Origin: Octopus sinensis
Lineage: Eukaryota
Direction: 5' to 3'
NCBI RefSeq assembly: GCF_006345805.1
Contig: NC_043017.1
Coordinates: forward strand, 23,994,001-24,058,000
Length of the DNA stretch: 64,000 nucleotides
The notes under the pieces were generated by a model, which saw only the letters and a program-made list of their open reading frames with translations, was not told the origin of the DNA and did not search any database. Position 1 is the first letter of the stretch. The number at the start of each line of letters is the position of its first letter. Positions 37,868-49,319 of the stretch are shown in pieces. A program made the translations under genes and the position numbers.

Positions 37868-38040
37868 TTAGTGTCTATGTACGTCTCCCAGCACTGCTTG
37901 ACAACCACTGTTGGTGTGTTTACGTCCCTGTAACTTAACGGTTCGGCAAAGCAAACCAATAGAATAAGTACCAAGCTTTACAAACTCTTCGAGGTGGTGC
38001 CTCAGCACGGTCGCAGACTAATAATTGAAACAAGTAAAAT
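37715..38040 (+). mobile_element. SINE family B (decayed head)
   Basis: GTTCCGGGTTCAGTCC, GAGCAAGTGTCTTCT, internal (GT)n and the family B 3' part. Confidence 0.8.
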
Positions 38041-38330
38041 GTATATATAAGTTGAAGAGACTGTCCAACACGTTCGCGTGCGTGTTTGTGTGTGTGGTGT
38101 CTTAGTGTCTATGTACGTCTCCCAGCACTGCTTGACAACCACTGTTGGTGTGTTTACGTCCCTGTAACTTAACGGTTCGGCAAAGCAAACCAATAGAATA
38201 AGTACCAAGCTTTACAAACTCTTCGAGGTGGTGCCTCAGCACGGTCGCAGACTAATAATTGAAACAAGTAAAATGTATATATAAGTTGAAGAGACTGTCC
38301 AACACGTTCGCGTGCGTGTTTGTGTGTGTG
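37863..38330 (+). repeat. Tandem duplication with a 234-bp period (SINE B 3' half plus flank)
   Basis: GTGTCTTAG at 37863 and 38097; AAGTTGAAGAG at 38049 and 38283. The units look identical. Confidence 0.92.
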
Positions 38331-38654
38331 TATGTATGCGTGCGAACGTGTCGGATAGTCTCTCCAACTTTTTTTTTTCGAAAGTATCCCCTTCAGATCC
38401 CTACGTTTTCAAATGTGGATTTTCTTTTTTTAAGGAAGAATTTGTTGGATTGTATACCAACCAGCACCTGTTCATCACAAATTAAAGGCGTTTTAAGTAT
38501 GTCAGCCTGCAAACAAGTCATTCAAGATGTGACACTGGTTCCAGCTTCTGGAAACATAAGCTCGTGTGTGACTGACAATGCCCGATGGATCGAAATAGTC
38601 AACTAACAATGATTTCTCAAATCTCAGTTTGATAAGTGCCATTCATCACTTAAC

Positions 38655-38689
<35 letters not shown>

Positions 38690-38714
38690 TATCTCAAGTG
38701 TGTTTGTGGTGCGC

Positions 38715-38940
38715 GTGTTCGCATCATGCCCGTCGCTAAGAAGGAGCACTGGACGGTACTGCTCCTTTACTATTCAATGGTGCACCCTCAGATTTACAGT
38801 GATACACATTTCGAAACTCAATTTTAGCATTACTACAAACTAGTGCTCACCCAGAATATTCTGAAGTGCCCTCAGCCACCAAAGTCTGGCGATAGGCTTG
38901 GCTTGAATACACGACCATATATTCTGAACAACGCATATAG
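38715..38940 (+). repeat. Unclassified interspersed repeat (copy 1)
   Basis: Shares ACTATTCAATGGT.CACCCTCAGATTTACAGTGATACACA..TTCGAAACTC and CACCAAAGTCT with 54715-54920. Confidence 0.7.
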
Positions 38941-40399
38941 CTTATGATTTCAGACGAGATAAATATGAAGATAACCAACTGAATAACCTTGTGAGAGTAA
39001 GACATAAATTCTATAGCTTTATTGCCCAAACAAAAAAAAACATTCATCCTAATTTCTTTATCCCTTTTTTATAGCTGGCTTTATGGCAATGTACGAATTT
39101 TCAAAAGCCAAAATCACAACCGAAACGCAACACCGTTCCAACACTCAACAGACGGCTGCCCCACTTGTTTGCAAACATCAAAAGCTACGTATTTAGTAAA
39201 TTTATGAAGGTGGTAAATGTACGGAATGTCGTACGCAAAAACTTCGTAACTCTCAAATGGCTGCCCTTGTGGCAAAATTTGAGACCATTATTATTATTAC
39301 TTCAAATTTGACACAAGGCCAGTACTTTCGGGGAGTGGCTAAGTCGATTACATCGATCACAGTGTTCAACAGGTACTTATTTTATCTCAAGTCGGCCATT
39401 GTCTTGAATTCAGATAATTCATGTTAGCGTTGGCGTACTAAATAAATAGCGTGCGGTAAAAAAAATCTCAGCGAATTGAGATTTGCCTGCTGGATGGAGA
39501 AAGGAAACAAGAACCTAGTGCTCGATCACGTGAGGCGCCGGCGCACACACACATTGCGTCTGATTAAAGGAGATGGACAGTTTATTGGATCTAAATATTC
39601 TCTTCCATGAAAAAGAAAAAAATTACTCTATTTACTATACGTGTTTTAAGGATTTCGTAGCATTGGACATTTCACTTGATTAAATGGCCGACATCTAATT
39701 CACATTCGTTCTTGTACTTTTTCTTTGCTTTCTTCCTTCTCTGTTTTCATTTCCTCTTCATTTCCCTTATCTATATTACCATCCTTCTATTTTCTTCTTT
39801 CCTCCTCTACCTTTTTCTACTTTTCTCTCTTGACTGTTTTCCTTTCTTATGTTTTTCCATTTTTTCTCCTCTTTACTTTTTTTTTCTTTCTTTCTCGACC
39901 CTTCTTTTTCATCCTTCCCTTCACTGCTTCCCTTTCTCATTTCTACCCTAATTTCTCCTATTTCTCCTAGTTGTCCCCAAACCTATCTTTTAACCCAACC
40001 AAAAGCAACAATATCCCAAAGTTTCTAATGAATAACAGAGTGTCGACAGCAATTACGTATCTATTAATATTTGCCCATCAGATGATGGCATGTTTACGAA
40101 ACGTGTTAAAAGCACTAATCTGAGAAGATACAGTATGAAAACTAAAGGGACGTGCAGTTTGTTTTCTTCGACCAACCCAGTCACACCAGAACTAAATAAA
40201 AATGTGTGCTGACAATGATAATTTGTGCTAATGAAGAATCAGCATTAGAAAGTTTGTGTGTGTGCGCTCCCTGAAGGAACCAGAAAGATTACGAACGACT
40301 ACTAAACATGAAATCACTTACCAATTCATTATTCCTCTATTCTCTAACTGGTTTCAATCATTGAACTCTGTCGTGGTAGGACACTGCTCTCATAATGAT

Positions 40400-40508
40400 T
40401 TCAAACATTGGCACAAGACCAGCAATTTTAGGGGAGGGGTAAGTCGATTACAAAGACGGACGAAATGCATTTTGTCCGGCGTGCTAACGATTCTGCCAGC
40501 TCGCCACC
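40400..40508 (-). mobile_element. SINE family A with a central deletion
   Basis: The head and tail type 2 are joined directly. Confidence 0.7.
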
Positions 40509-41329
40509 AATCATAATGACCCTAGAACTTACACAATCTGGTACTTACTTTATCGTTCTGTTTTTATAAAATCAATATGTTATGCTTTTTGGTACAGTAC
40601 CGACTTTTACACCAGTAAATATAAATATACACACACACACACATTCACTCAACTCGCTTCTGTACAGTTTCCACCAACCAAACTTCATTCATAAGGTCTT
40701 AGTCAAAACGAAACCACAGTAATATAAGTAATACACAGCGGCCTCTTCTTTATTAAATTTTACTGCAGCTTCCATTCAAGATTATTTATTTCCAACTATA
40801 TACTTATCGCCTTCAGAATTTTGTATTATGTTAATCAGTTGTACCTTTTCTCCACTGTTAAGAGAGTAACAAAAAAAAAATTGATCGTATATAATATCTA
40901 AAGGTTTTAAATGACTATAGACCAACTAATTTCATGATATCAAGTTATGTTGTACTGAGAAGCCCATAATAAAGTCGAAATGGCGATATCTATTACTAGG
41001 ACATCTAAAAAGAAATTTTAAAATAATTATATGGAAATATTTAATATACTCTCACTCAAAAGAATAAAAAAACCTATTAATAATGACTTATAAACCCTGA
41101 AGTGGATTTCTCCCCTTGAAGGGAATCTTCACTCTCTCCTCTTACTCCAGAAGCAAGTGTAGGTGGCAGCAGCAACAGTCCATAATCAAAATTTCCCACA
41201 TTTTGAACCATGTTTGTCTAAAGAATAAACATTCAATCAACTTATCGAATCAGTCATTTATTCCATTTTATACATTAAAAAAAAACTCTCGTGTTTAATC
41301 TCCTTAGAGTTAGGATAGGGACCACAGAG

Positions 41330-43112
41330 TGTGGGTTTGAATGTACGATGTGCAGTGAGGAAACAACGCATAGACAAGGAGCTACGAATGGGTAACTCAG
41401 TTCTGTACTCTTTAGAGTAGGATAGATCACCAATCATGAACTGGAAAGATAGATAATGCGGGATTATGTAACATATAAGCAAGACTCATTTGGTGTTGAG
41501 TTCAAGGTAACCTTTTCTACTCGTACTCTCTGGCAATCAATAGAATTCATGGAAAGATCTGTGTGTGCAATGGGCGTCACCGGGCATTTTATACCGCCTG
41601 AATTTATCTTCAAGAGGAAGCACATAGCCAACCAACTGCTTCATAGAGTACCAGAAGGTTCAGTTGCTTGTGGAGGCGAAAATGGATGGATTGATCAGGA
41701 AACATTTTCTAAGCGGCTATGTAATTTCATAATCATATAAATCCATCTGTTGAGAGAAAAGTGCTCCTCTTTTGGACAATCACAACATCCACATTAACTT
41801 GGATGCAATTGAGCTTGCTCGCAAGCATGGCGTAGTCATGGTATCAATTCCACTTCATACCAGCCACAAGCTTCAGCCCTTAGACAGGACCTTTTTTGTG
41901 CCCGTCAAAACCAGGAAGTTGATAAGTGGATCATCAATCACCCAGGTCAGCGAAGAGATGACTTCAAAGTTACTGCCTTTTGGGGCAGGCCTTCATACGA
42001 GCCTCCAACAGTTCAGAACGCCTGCAATGGATTTCGTTGCACTGGGGTCTGGCCATACAATCTGGATGTGTTTGATGATGTCGATTTCATTTTGGCAGAA
42101 GTCACTGAAATTGCTGATTCTAAAGGAAGTCCAACACCATCACAGGAACAGCCACAAGTAGATCCTGCACCTCCCCAGTCTTATGATCCATCGGTCAAAG
42201 GTGCAGATGAATGCAAGAGTCAAGAAGATACAGAGGTAAGCCAACACAATTCCCCACAACAAAGAATCTGTGTTGTTTCCCTGTCACCTGTTCCACGAAC
42301 TCGGGCTACAGCAAGAAAAAAGAAGCACTCAAACTTCAGAGTGCCTCATCAGTTCACCTTTTAAAGACTCTCTCTCTCTCTCTTTCTCAGCTAAAGCCTT
42401 GAAAAAAACAACTAAACCAACAGCAAGGAGAAATGCTCGCAAACCCAAGACCACTGGAAGTATGCTGAAGACACTAGCCTGCACATCAAGAACAACAGAC
42501 AAGGAATTCCATTGCTATTTCTGTGACGAACTTTATCAAGAACCCCGACAGAAAATTGGATTGAATGTCAGCTGTGCAGGGAATGGCCACATGAAAAGTG
42601 AGCTGGGGTTGAAATTGATGACGTTACATTAATTTGGGAACTTTGTATGAACTTTGTATCCCCTAATCAGCTACCTTGCTGACCAGTCACATCGAGCACT
42701 ATTTCTGTGTCTTTAGAAAAAGAAAACCATGAACCTTCAAGTGTGGGATGGGTCTGCAAACTGAGAGTAGGAAACAGTATTTCTCATGATCATAGTTTAC
42801 TTTCATTTATGTCATTTTCAGTTTTTTTTTTTATAAATAAAAGATGTATTCCAGGACAATACACATGAGTATGCATTTGAATATGGCAAAATGTAATAAA
42901 CAATTTTATGGGGCAAAACGGACCATGTCTGATAAAAATTTCTTTTGCATATATCTATGCAAGATTTTATTCCAATTAATCATACTACACAGAAACATAA
43001 GAATGGCTATTCTCTATGCCCATAGCAATTTCTATCTGTAATAAGATGAGTGCATTTTTGACGTAAATATCGAACTTTTCCAAGGAGGGGGGCGTTTTGC
43101 CACGTCTTCCTC
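41330..43112 (+). pseudogene. 5'-truncated pogo-family (DDE_1) transposase with a C-terminal PHD finger
   Basis: GHFIPPEFIFKRK..ENGWIDQETF, LLFLDNHNIH, HTSHKLQPLDRTFF and CYFCDELY..WIECQLCREWPHEK. A putative right TIR GGGGCGTTTTGCCACGTCTTCCTC|TA is at ~43089-43114. Confidence 0.85.
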
Positions 43113-43388
43113 TAATCACTTTCATCAACTACTATTCTTTTGTTATTTTGGTCGATACTATGAACTTTGTCATTTCGGGATGGGTAGATTAAAAATGTGT
43201 ACACTAAATTTACAACACTCTCTATAAACAGCACCATACTCAAAGAGAGAATGAAAAAGAGAAAGTAAAACTGTTAACAGAGAAGGAATAAGAACGATAA
43301 TAACAATCCTATAACAAGGCTCGTTATAGTTCTGTGAATATATCATTAGAGATATCTCACATTGTTTTCTAAAGAGTTTATTTAAAAT

Positions 43389-43485
43389 TGGACAAAAAGT
43401 TGTTGGACAAAAAAAATCATCGGACAAAAAGACGTGGGTGAAAAGACGTTTGACGAAGTGACGTCGAACGAAAAGACAGCTACGC
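43389..43485 (+). repeat. ~15-bp degenerate tandem units (GGACAAAAAGACGT-like), probably the subterminal array of a non-autonomous DNA transposon
   Basis: About six imperfect units are visible; the transposon origin is inferred. Confidence 0.55.
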
Positions 43486-44869
43486 TTCTGATCGGACCCT
43501 ATAGAGGAGGTGCCTAAGAACTTTATCCCAACGACCCTCCCAAGAGTAGCGAAGGAAGAAAGATGGATATATATAAGTGGGTATGTGAATCTATTGTTTC
43601 CATGTGAAGTATGTATTTGCCTTCTGACTTACTTGATAACATAACGAATTTGATTTACTGTCGCTGTTAAAAATTTAAAGAATCTAATAATAACACTTTT
43701 AAAGGAATTCGAACCGCTTATCAACTAACTACCTAGTGGATGCAGCAATTTTATTTCTCTCTGGTTACTCTAATTGGGTAATTTTAAGGCAAATATAATG
43801 AAGTATCTTGCTGATTCAATACAGCGTTTCCTCTTGAAGGCAAAGAATTCACAACAACTGCTATTTTTGCAACTAGTTTTCTGAAGCTTTTATAGATTTC
43901 ATCAACTTCTATTGAAAAAAGTTAACCTGAATAGTTTGGCTATTCCTGAAAACTGGTTCTAAAAGAAGAAGTGAAAATAAGTTAAACTAAAGAAATAGAA
44001 CGGTTAATATTACAGATAGAAAATTCGTGTGTATTTATCTTTGTTCCATCGCAAACTGTTTTCTTATTGAAAAAAAAAATAGACAAAAAAGAACAATGCA
44101 ATCACTCCATTTTCATGAGGGATTTTTTTTTTGTAGGTGAGTGTAGTGTGAGGAATTTATTATTGCTGTCTTACCCTCATCTCTTCTGTTGCTTTTCATT
44201 TACTTTCCTTACCCGTCTCATCTTCTCTCCCAACTCTCTTCAGCCTCTTTCTATTTCCTGTTTTTCCCCTTTTCCATATTTCTCTTCCTTTCTTGTCCTC
44301 TTATTTTCTCCTCCTTTTTGTCTCTTTCATAGTTTGCTCTTCTTTGCTTTCTATCTTCTTTTTTTATCTTCCTTTTCTCTTTATTTGCATATCTCTCATC
44401 TTTTCTTTGTCAGTCCTTCTTTTCTCTTTTCTCCCTCCTCTCTTTTCCCATCTCACCTCTATCTCGGAAAGAACGACTGTAAACTACTAAGTAGAAGGAA
44501 TTCTAAATGGAGGGAATAAAACGAACATAAAAATACAGAAAATAATAAACCAACGTACAAACCAAAGCAAATTCTATGAATGTGTAACGAAGACGAGCAG
44601 CTGTTATTACGTTGCAACGGAATCTGATATATCGAAGAGATGCTAAACGTTCGTGTAATATATATTCATATTTACTTTTCAAAATATCCTCATCACATCC
44701 TCACCGATACACTATATATATACCTCTTAACTGTTTCCGAGATATATACCACATCACGCCATTACTCCTTCAGTGATAACTTTTCAATATTGCAATGAAT
44801 TTATTGGTTTCTAACATAGGCACAAGGCCATAAATTTGAGAGAAAATTCAAGTCTCACCTGGTGATCTC

Positions 44870-45190
44870 ACATTCAGAACATTGCAATAACTGCGTCCCT
44901 TCCTCTTTAAAACCAAAACATACTTCAGCTCTCAGCACTTGCGAAAACTTTACAAACTCAAGCGAGACCCACAATGGAAAATTGCTCTCACCTATGGAAC
45001 AGTGTTGCTAGAACACACAGAAAAATACTAGACGGCATCCAAAAGAACTCAACTGGCTGGCAAAAAATTTGTTCACCACACCCCTTTATGAACCGTATAC
45101 ATGCTCTCCTCTCATCATGCCTTTTCAACCACTCTACAATACCCTTTGAGTTGGCTGGGCTTGTTTCATTTCAACCCAAGCCAACATAAT
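44870..45190 (+). pseudogene. L2/Jockey-like LINE RT C-terminal remnant
   Basis: LYKL..RPTMENCSHLWNSVARTHRKILDGIQKN resembles YK..IRP.LEYCSHIW.....L..LD.IQ.R. Confidence 0.65.
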
Positions 45191-45940
45191 TTAGATGTTT
45201 CTCCTCTCTTCATTATTTCCCTCATAATACTCCTCCTTTCAGGCCCTGCACTAGCCATTATTATCCAGCCCCCATTTTCCAGAATGTCAACCGGCTCAAA
45301 TTCCGCCTCTGCCCATGTTTTTTTCTTTTGGGGCTTTTTTTTTTTTTTTTGCAACTATCTCTTCCTTCAGATCAAACTGTATAACAATCTAATGTCTAGA
45401 ACAAGAGTTATAACGTTGACTTCGTAAAAATATCAAAATCAACCCCATAGCAAAGAGCCCGAGCATTTATCTGCTTAGCACTTAAAATCCATGTTGATTC
45501 GTGTATCTATGAAAGAATGATTTCTTTAATAGGTATATATTCTTTGAAATGATCAGGAAAGTGTGATTTTTATCCCTTTATCTAAAAAATTATCATCTTA
45601 TACAGCTTGAGTGCAAAATAGAGGTAAAACAAACAGCACAACAGTAATTCTTAGTAATAGTAAATCCCTCTCTTTGTTGAGAAGCATTATTTCGAGCAGA
45701 GATAGTTTTAAGTTTGTATTCTCTAGATTTATGAGCAGATTTTCAGCTCAGTAACAACAGCTACTGAAACAACTGTCAGTTATAGAGCGACCTTGCTATG
45801 CAAAGCGAAAAGAATATATATATATATGTTACAACAATACCTATTTACAGAATTACTAAAGAGTCAAGTATTTTTATCAAATCATAGACAACGAAAGCTT
45901 GGCAAACAGACCTGGTGCGATTCTCAACAACAGTTATAAT

Positions 45941-46049
45941 AGAGTACCGAGTTGGCAAAAACGTAAGAGCACCGAGTTGGCAAAAACGAAAGAGCGCCGA
46001 ATCGGCAAAAACGAAAGAGCGCCGAATCGGCAAAAATATAAGAGCGCCG
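45941..46049 (+). repeat. 25-bp tandem repeat, 4.4 units, no spacers
   Basis: Units start at 45941, 45966, 45991, 46016 and 46041 (AGAGCGCCGAATCGGCAAAAACGAA type). Confidence 0.9.
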
Positions 46050-46989
46050 TCGTGCACGTTCAATAGTACATGTTTAGTCACGCAAGGGAGTTCGAGAGAA
46101 ATTTGGGAAGGTGGAACAAGACTGCTTCCTTCTCCTTTTCTCTCAAAATTAAACGTGGTGATTTTCTTTTTAGAGGGGAATCCAGCAGACAGTCTCTGGC
46201 CTCTATTCATCCCCCACCATACACACACACACACACACACACCTAGTCCCCGGACCAACTGAATCTCTCTCTTACAGACTATGAGACTCAAAGCGGCCTT
46301 TGTCTGCCTTTTATTGATAAATTCAATAGTAGTAATATAGTCACATAATAGCCAAACGGGGTTGACAGGCTCATACGACCTCCCCTACTCTCATATCCGA
46401 TACTACATGCACACAATTATTTAAAATTTGATTTTGTGTTAACTGCAAATGAGACAGCTGATGATCAACCTATTTTAATAATTGAAAAAGTCTTGCTATA
46501 ACTATGATGCAGGAGTGAAATCGTGATCCCTGCCTGGTAATTAAGAATAATTAATTTAACTTCTTCAGAGATATATTTGCAATAGTAAATATAAACATAT
46601 ACGCGCTCGTTTGTGAAACCATAAATGTTATACAGGAAATTTTCCAAAAGGTGCCTTCTGGATGAAGAACATACAGTTAACTGCTGGCTAAAATATTCAA
46701 TAAAAGTAACACGACTAGAGTATTAAATCAATTGATATTACACTCATAATGGGAAGAAAATTTATAAGCGTTAACGACAATTCTTGTCAAGATGAGCAGT
46801 AAAGAGAGCTCAGAAATTAAAATTTAATAAAAATGAACAGGGTATTTTACCTTTAGCAGTTACAATGACAACTCCGGACATGTTTTGTCACCCTTCTTGG
46901 TAAACAGTGTAAAATGTGTCTAATCTTTTAGTTCTCTCCCTTGTCCCTCTTTAAGGATTGAAAACGTTAATTGCTTCTTTGTATTGCTA

Positions 46990-47800
46990 ATGTAATTTCA
47001 ATTGGCTGTTCTTCTAGGAAATAGCCGTCCTCCAAGCCACAAAAACAGAAAATTCGGTATGGAAAGGCCAAACACTAGACCTGATCATACAGGGTACTGC
47101 AGAAACACTGGAAAATATGGTGGAGACGGTGACCATTGGAGATGTAGTGTTGAGAGTGTGGGTGTAGGGCAAAACCCCTCGTTGCTTTAAATGTAGTCAA
47201 AAAGGTCACATTAGAGCACATTGCCCTCTACAGAAGTCAGGAGGAAGTTGGAAAGGAGTCGGAGAAGGTGCAACAGGAAGAAAAGAGAAACGAAGAACAG
47301 TGGATGGTAGCTGAAGGAAGAAGAGGAAGAAAGGACAGAGTGAAGTAGGACCCCAAACCATACGCTTTCAGACCCACCCTCCCCCACAGACACCAAACCC
47401 ACCCATTCCCCTCCTACACAAAGCAAGAGAAAAAAAGAAATACAAACACACAAGGATCGACAAACTCCCCCTCCCACTGAAAATTGTTTCGCGAGTATGA
47501 TGGTTGAAGGTGTGGACAAGGAACTGCTCAATAAGATAACAAAATGGAAGACTGCAAGATTTGTCCATGTCAAAGGATGGACAAACATTGATGGATGGCA
47601 CTCATGCGTTCTGGTATCCGAAAGCCAAACAGACGAAATATTGAAATTCAAGAGGAGTTATAAGTGTTGGAGGGTGATGTGTGATTTAAAAACGATACCA
47701 GACAATATAAAGTACGAGGGGCTGACCAACAAATACGGTATAGACATTTTAAAGGACTCGGAATTTAAAAGATAAAAGGAAGCAAGTGATGCTGCTTGAG
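46990..47800 (+). pseudogene. Gag/ORF1-like zinc-knuckle element remnant with no RT nearby
   Basis: CFKCSQKGHIRAHC (CX2CX4HX4C) at 47183-47224, after DLIIQGT..VLRVWV*GKTPR. It is followed by a K/E-rich region and the 92-aa ORF 47497-47775. Confidence 0.7.
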
Positions 47801-48459
47801 GTGGGACAAGGAGCTCATTTTCATTATCATTTTCATTGTATCATTCATGTATATCATCCGTTTAAATTTTTTATTCATTTTTTCGTTTTTGTGTGTTCCC
47901 ACATGTGTTTGTATTGTCCCATCTTCGTTGGTTATTATTTTGTCTATCGGAACGATTGTATTTTTATATTTCAGTCATTAAGAAAATCTTTGATATCTGG
48001 TAAAAAAAAAAATCATCTCTTCTTCGCCGAACTTCGACCTAGACGCATCGTTGTCGTGGAGAGCAGCTAAGTTTGTCCACACGCGGCCTAAGCCACAGAA
48101 ATTACTTCCAGCGGCAACGGTGTATGGCAGGCCTTTTATACTGTACGATATGTGTACGAATCAATCCTACGCTACTAGCGAACTAATTATGGTACGAAAT
48201 TTTTCCTTAGATTTCCAATCACATTCCTTTCCACACAGAGTGTGACAAAGGCTAAACTGTATGTAACTTTTCACAGTCATGCACAGCTTCACACGAAGCA
48301 TATTGTTAGTGGACTTGTATCTGTTCTTAAATAAATTTTAGAATGGCTCTTTCGTTATTCCTAACTTTGCATCCGCATTAACATTTAGTACAGAGAAAAC
48401 TACTGCTAGAGTGACGACGACAACGCTAAACATATGACGTAGTAATAATGTGGTAGACA

Positions 48460-49150
48460 GGGAAGAATACGAAAAATACCTTGTCATGTCCATACACGTT
48501 CTGGGTGTAAAATCTCTCGAATAGAATTTTGACTTTCAACACTTGGGGTCGACATTACAATACCAGCAATCCGTCTCTACATCTTTCTTGGTCAAGTGGT
48601 AAGGTTAAAAATCAATATTATACCATTCGAATTGTTTACGAATTTCAAGGATCCAAGAAGGTGACAGTACTTCCTGATTTCAGTCGTGTACAATGAATGA
48701 AAGACAGATACTAGTTTACTGCTGGAAGGTTTTACCACTGAAAAATTTGAAACCGGGCATTGCGAATAAACAAATCGCTCTTTAATTCCACATTCCGGTT
48801 ACTTACAAGGATGAGTTATACGAACTGAAATAACTACTTGGATTTATACCAGCCTACAAGAGAGCCTCCTGTGAGGAAAGGGTGAGCCCATCCCTATAAC
48901 TCCTAAACTGCCTTTTTTTCATTTCACCACCTTTTTCACAGCAACCGCAAACTGGATGTGTCAGTTCACCTTCGCCTATACAGAGCAGTCGCCATATTCC
49001 CTTCCATATCGGTTAACTCTGATGAGCGTAAGGTTATATAATCGGATTGTTACTTAACACTCCATTGTACTCCTTGCACGAAACCGACTGGTATGATCAG
49101 ACGTGATGGATATATAATACTGTACATTTCGGATAATACACCCACTCTAT
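48460..49150 (+). pseudogene. Highly decayed Penelope-like element (GIY-YIG C-terminus plus a terminal region)
   Basis: EKYLVMS, KNQYYTIRIVY and CTMNERQILVY..ANKQIAL loosely follow the PLE YIG / W.LK....Y.I.W / C.LC..E...I layout. A hammerhead-like motif follows, as in the better-preserved copy at 59.0-59.7 kb. Confidence 0.4.
49004..49110 (+). ncRNA. Decayed type I hammerhead ribozyme motif
   Basis: CUGAUGA (49019-49025). Stem II GCGUAAGG/CCUUGCAC (7/8 pairs, 38-nt loop). GAAA (49080-49083). Stem III ACC-GACU-GGU and a GUA triplet. Stem I pairs poorly. Confidence 0.5.
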
Positions 49151-49319
49151 TGACAGAATATACGAGTGCATCTTTTCCTGAATTGTGGACTCTTAGACGA
49201 CTCACTTTATATATATATATATATATATATGAGTGATACAAAAAGTGTATTTTTAAATTAATGAATGAGAGAATATAATAAAAACGTTTTTAGAATAGTG
49301 TCTTTGTTTTATCGAAATC

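Noticed and set aside
40955-40985. CTGAGAAGCC..GTCGAAA possible decayed hammerhead
   Set aside because: The core is incomplete and stems I and II do not pair.
45941-46049. CRISPR-like appearance of the 25-bp repeats
   Set aside because: The units are contiguous with no unique spacers, there are no cas genes, and the context is eukaryotic.
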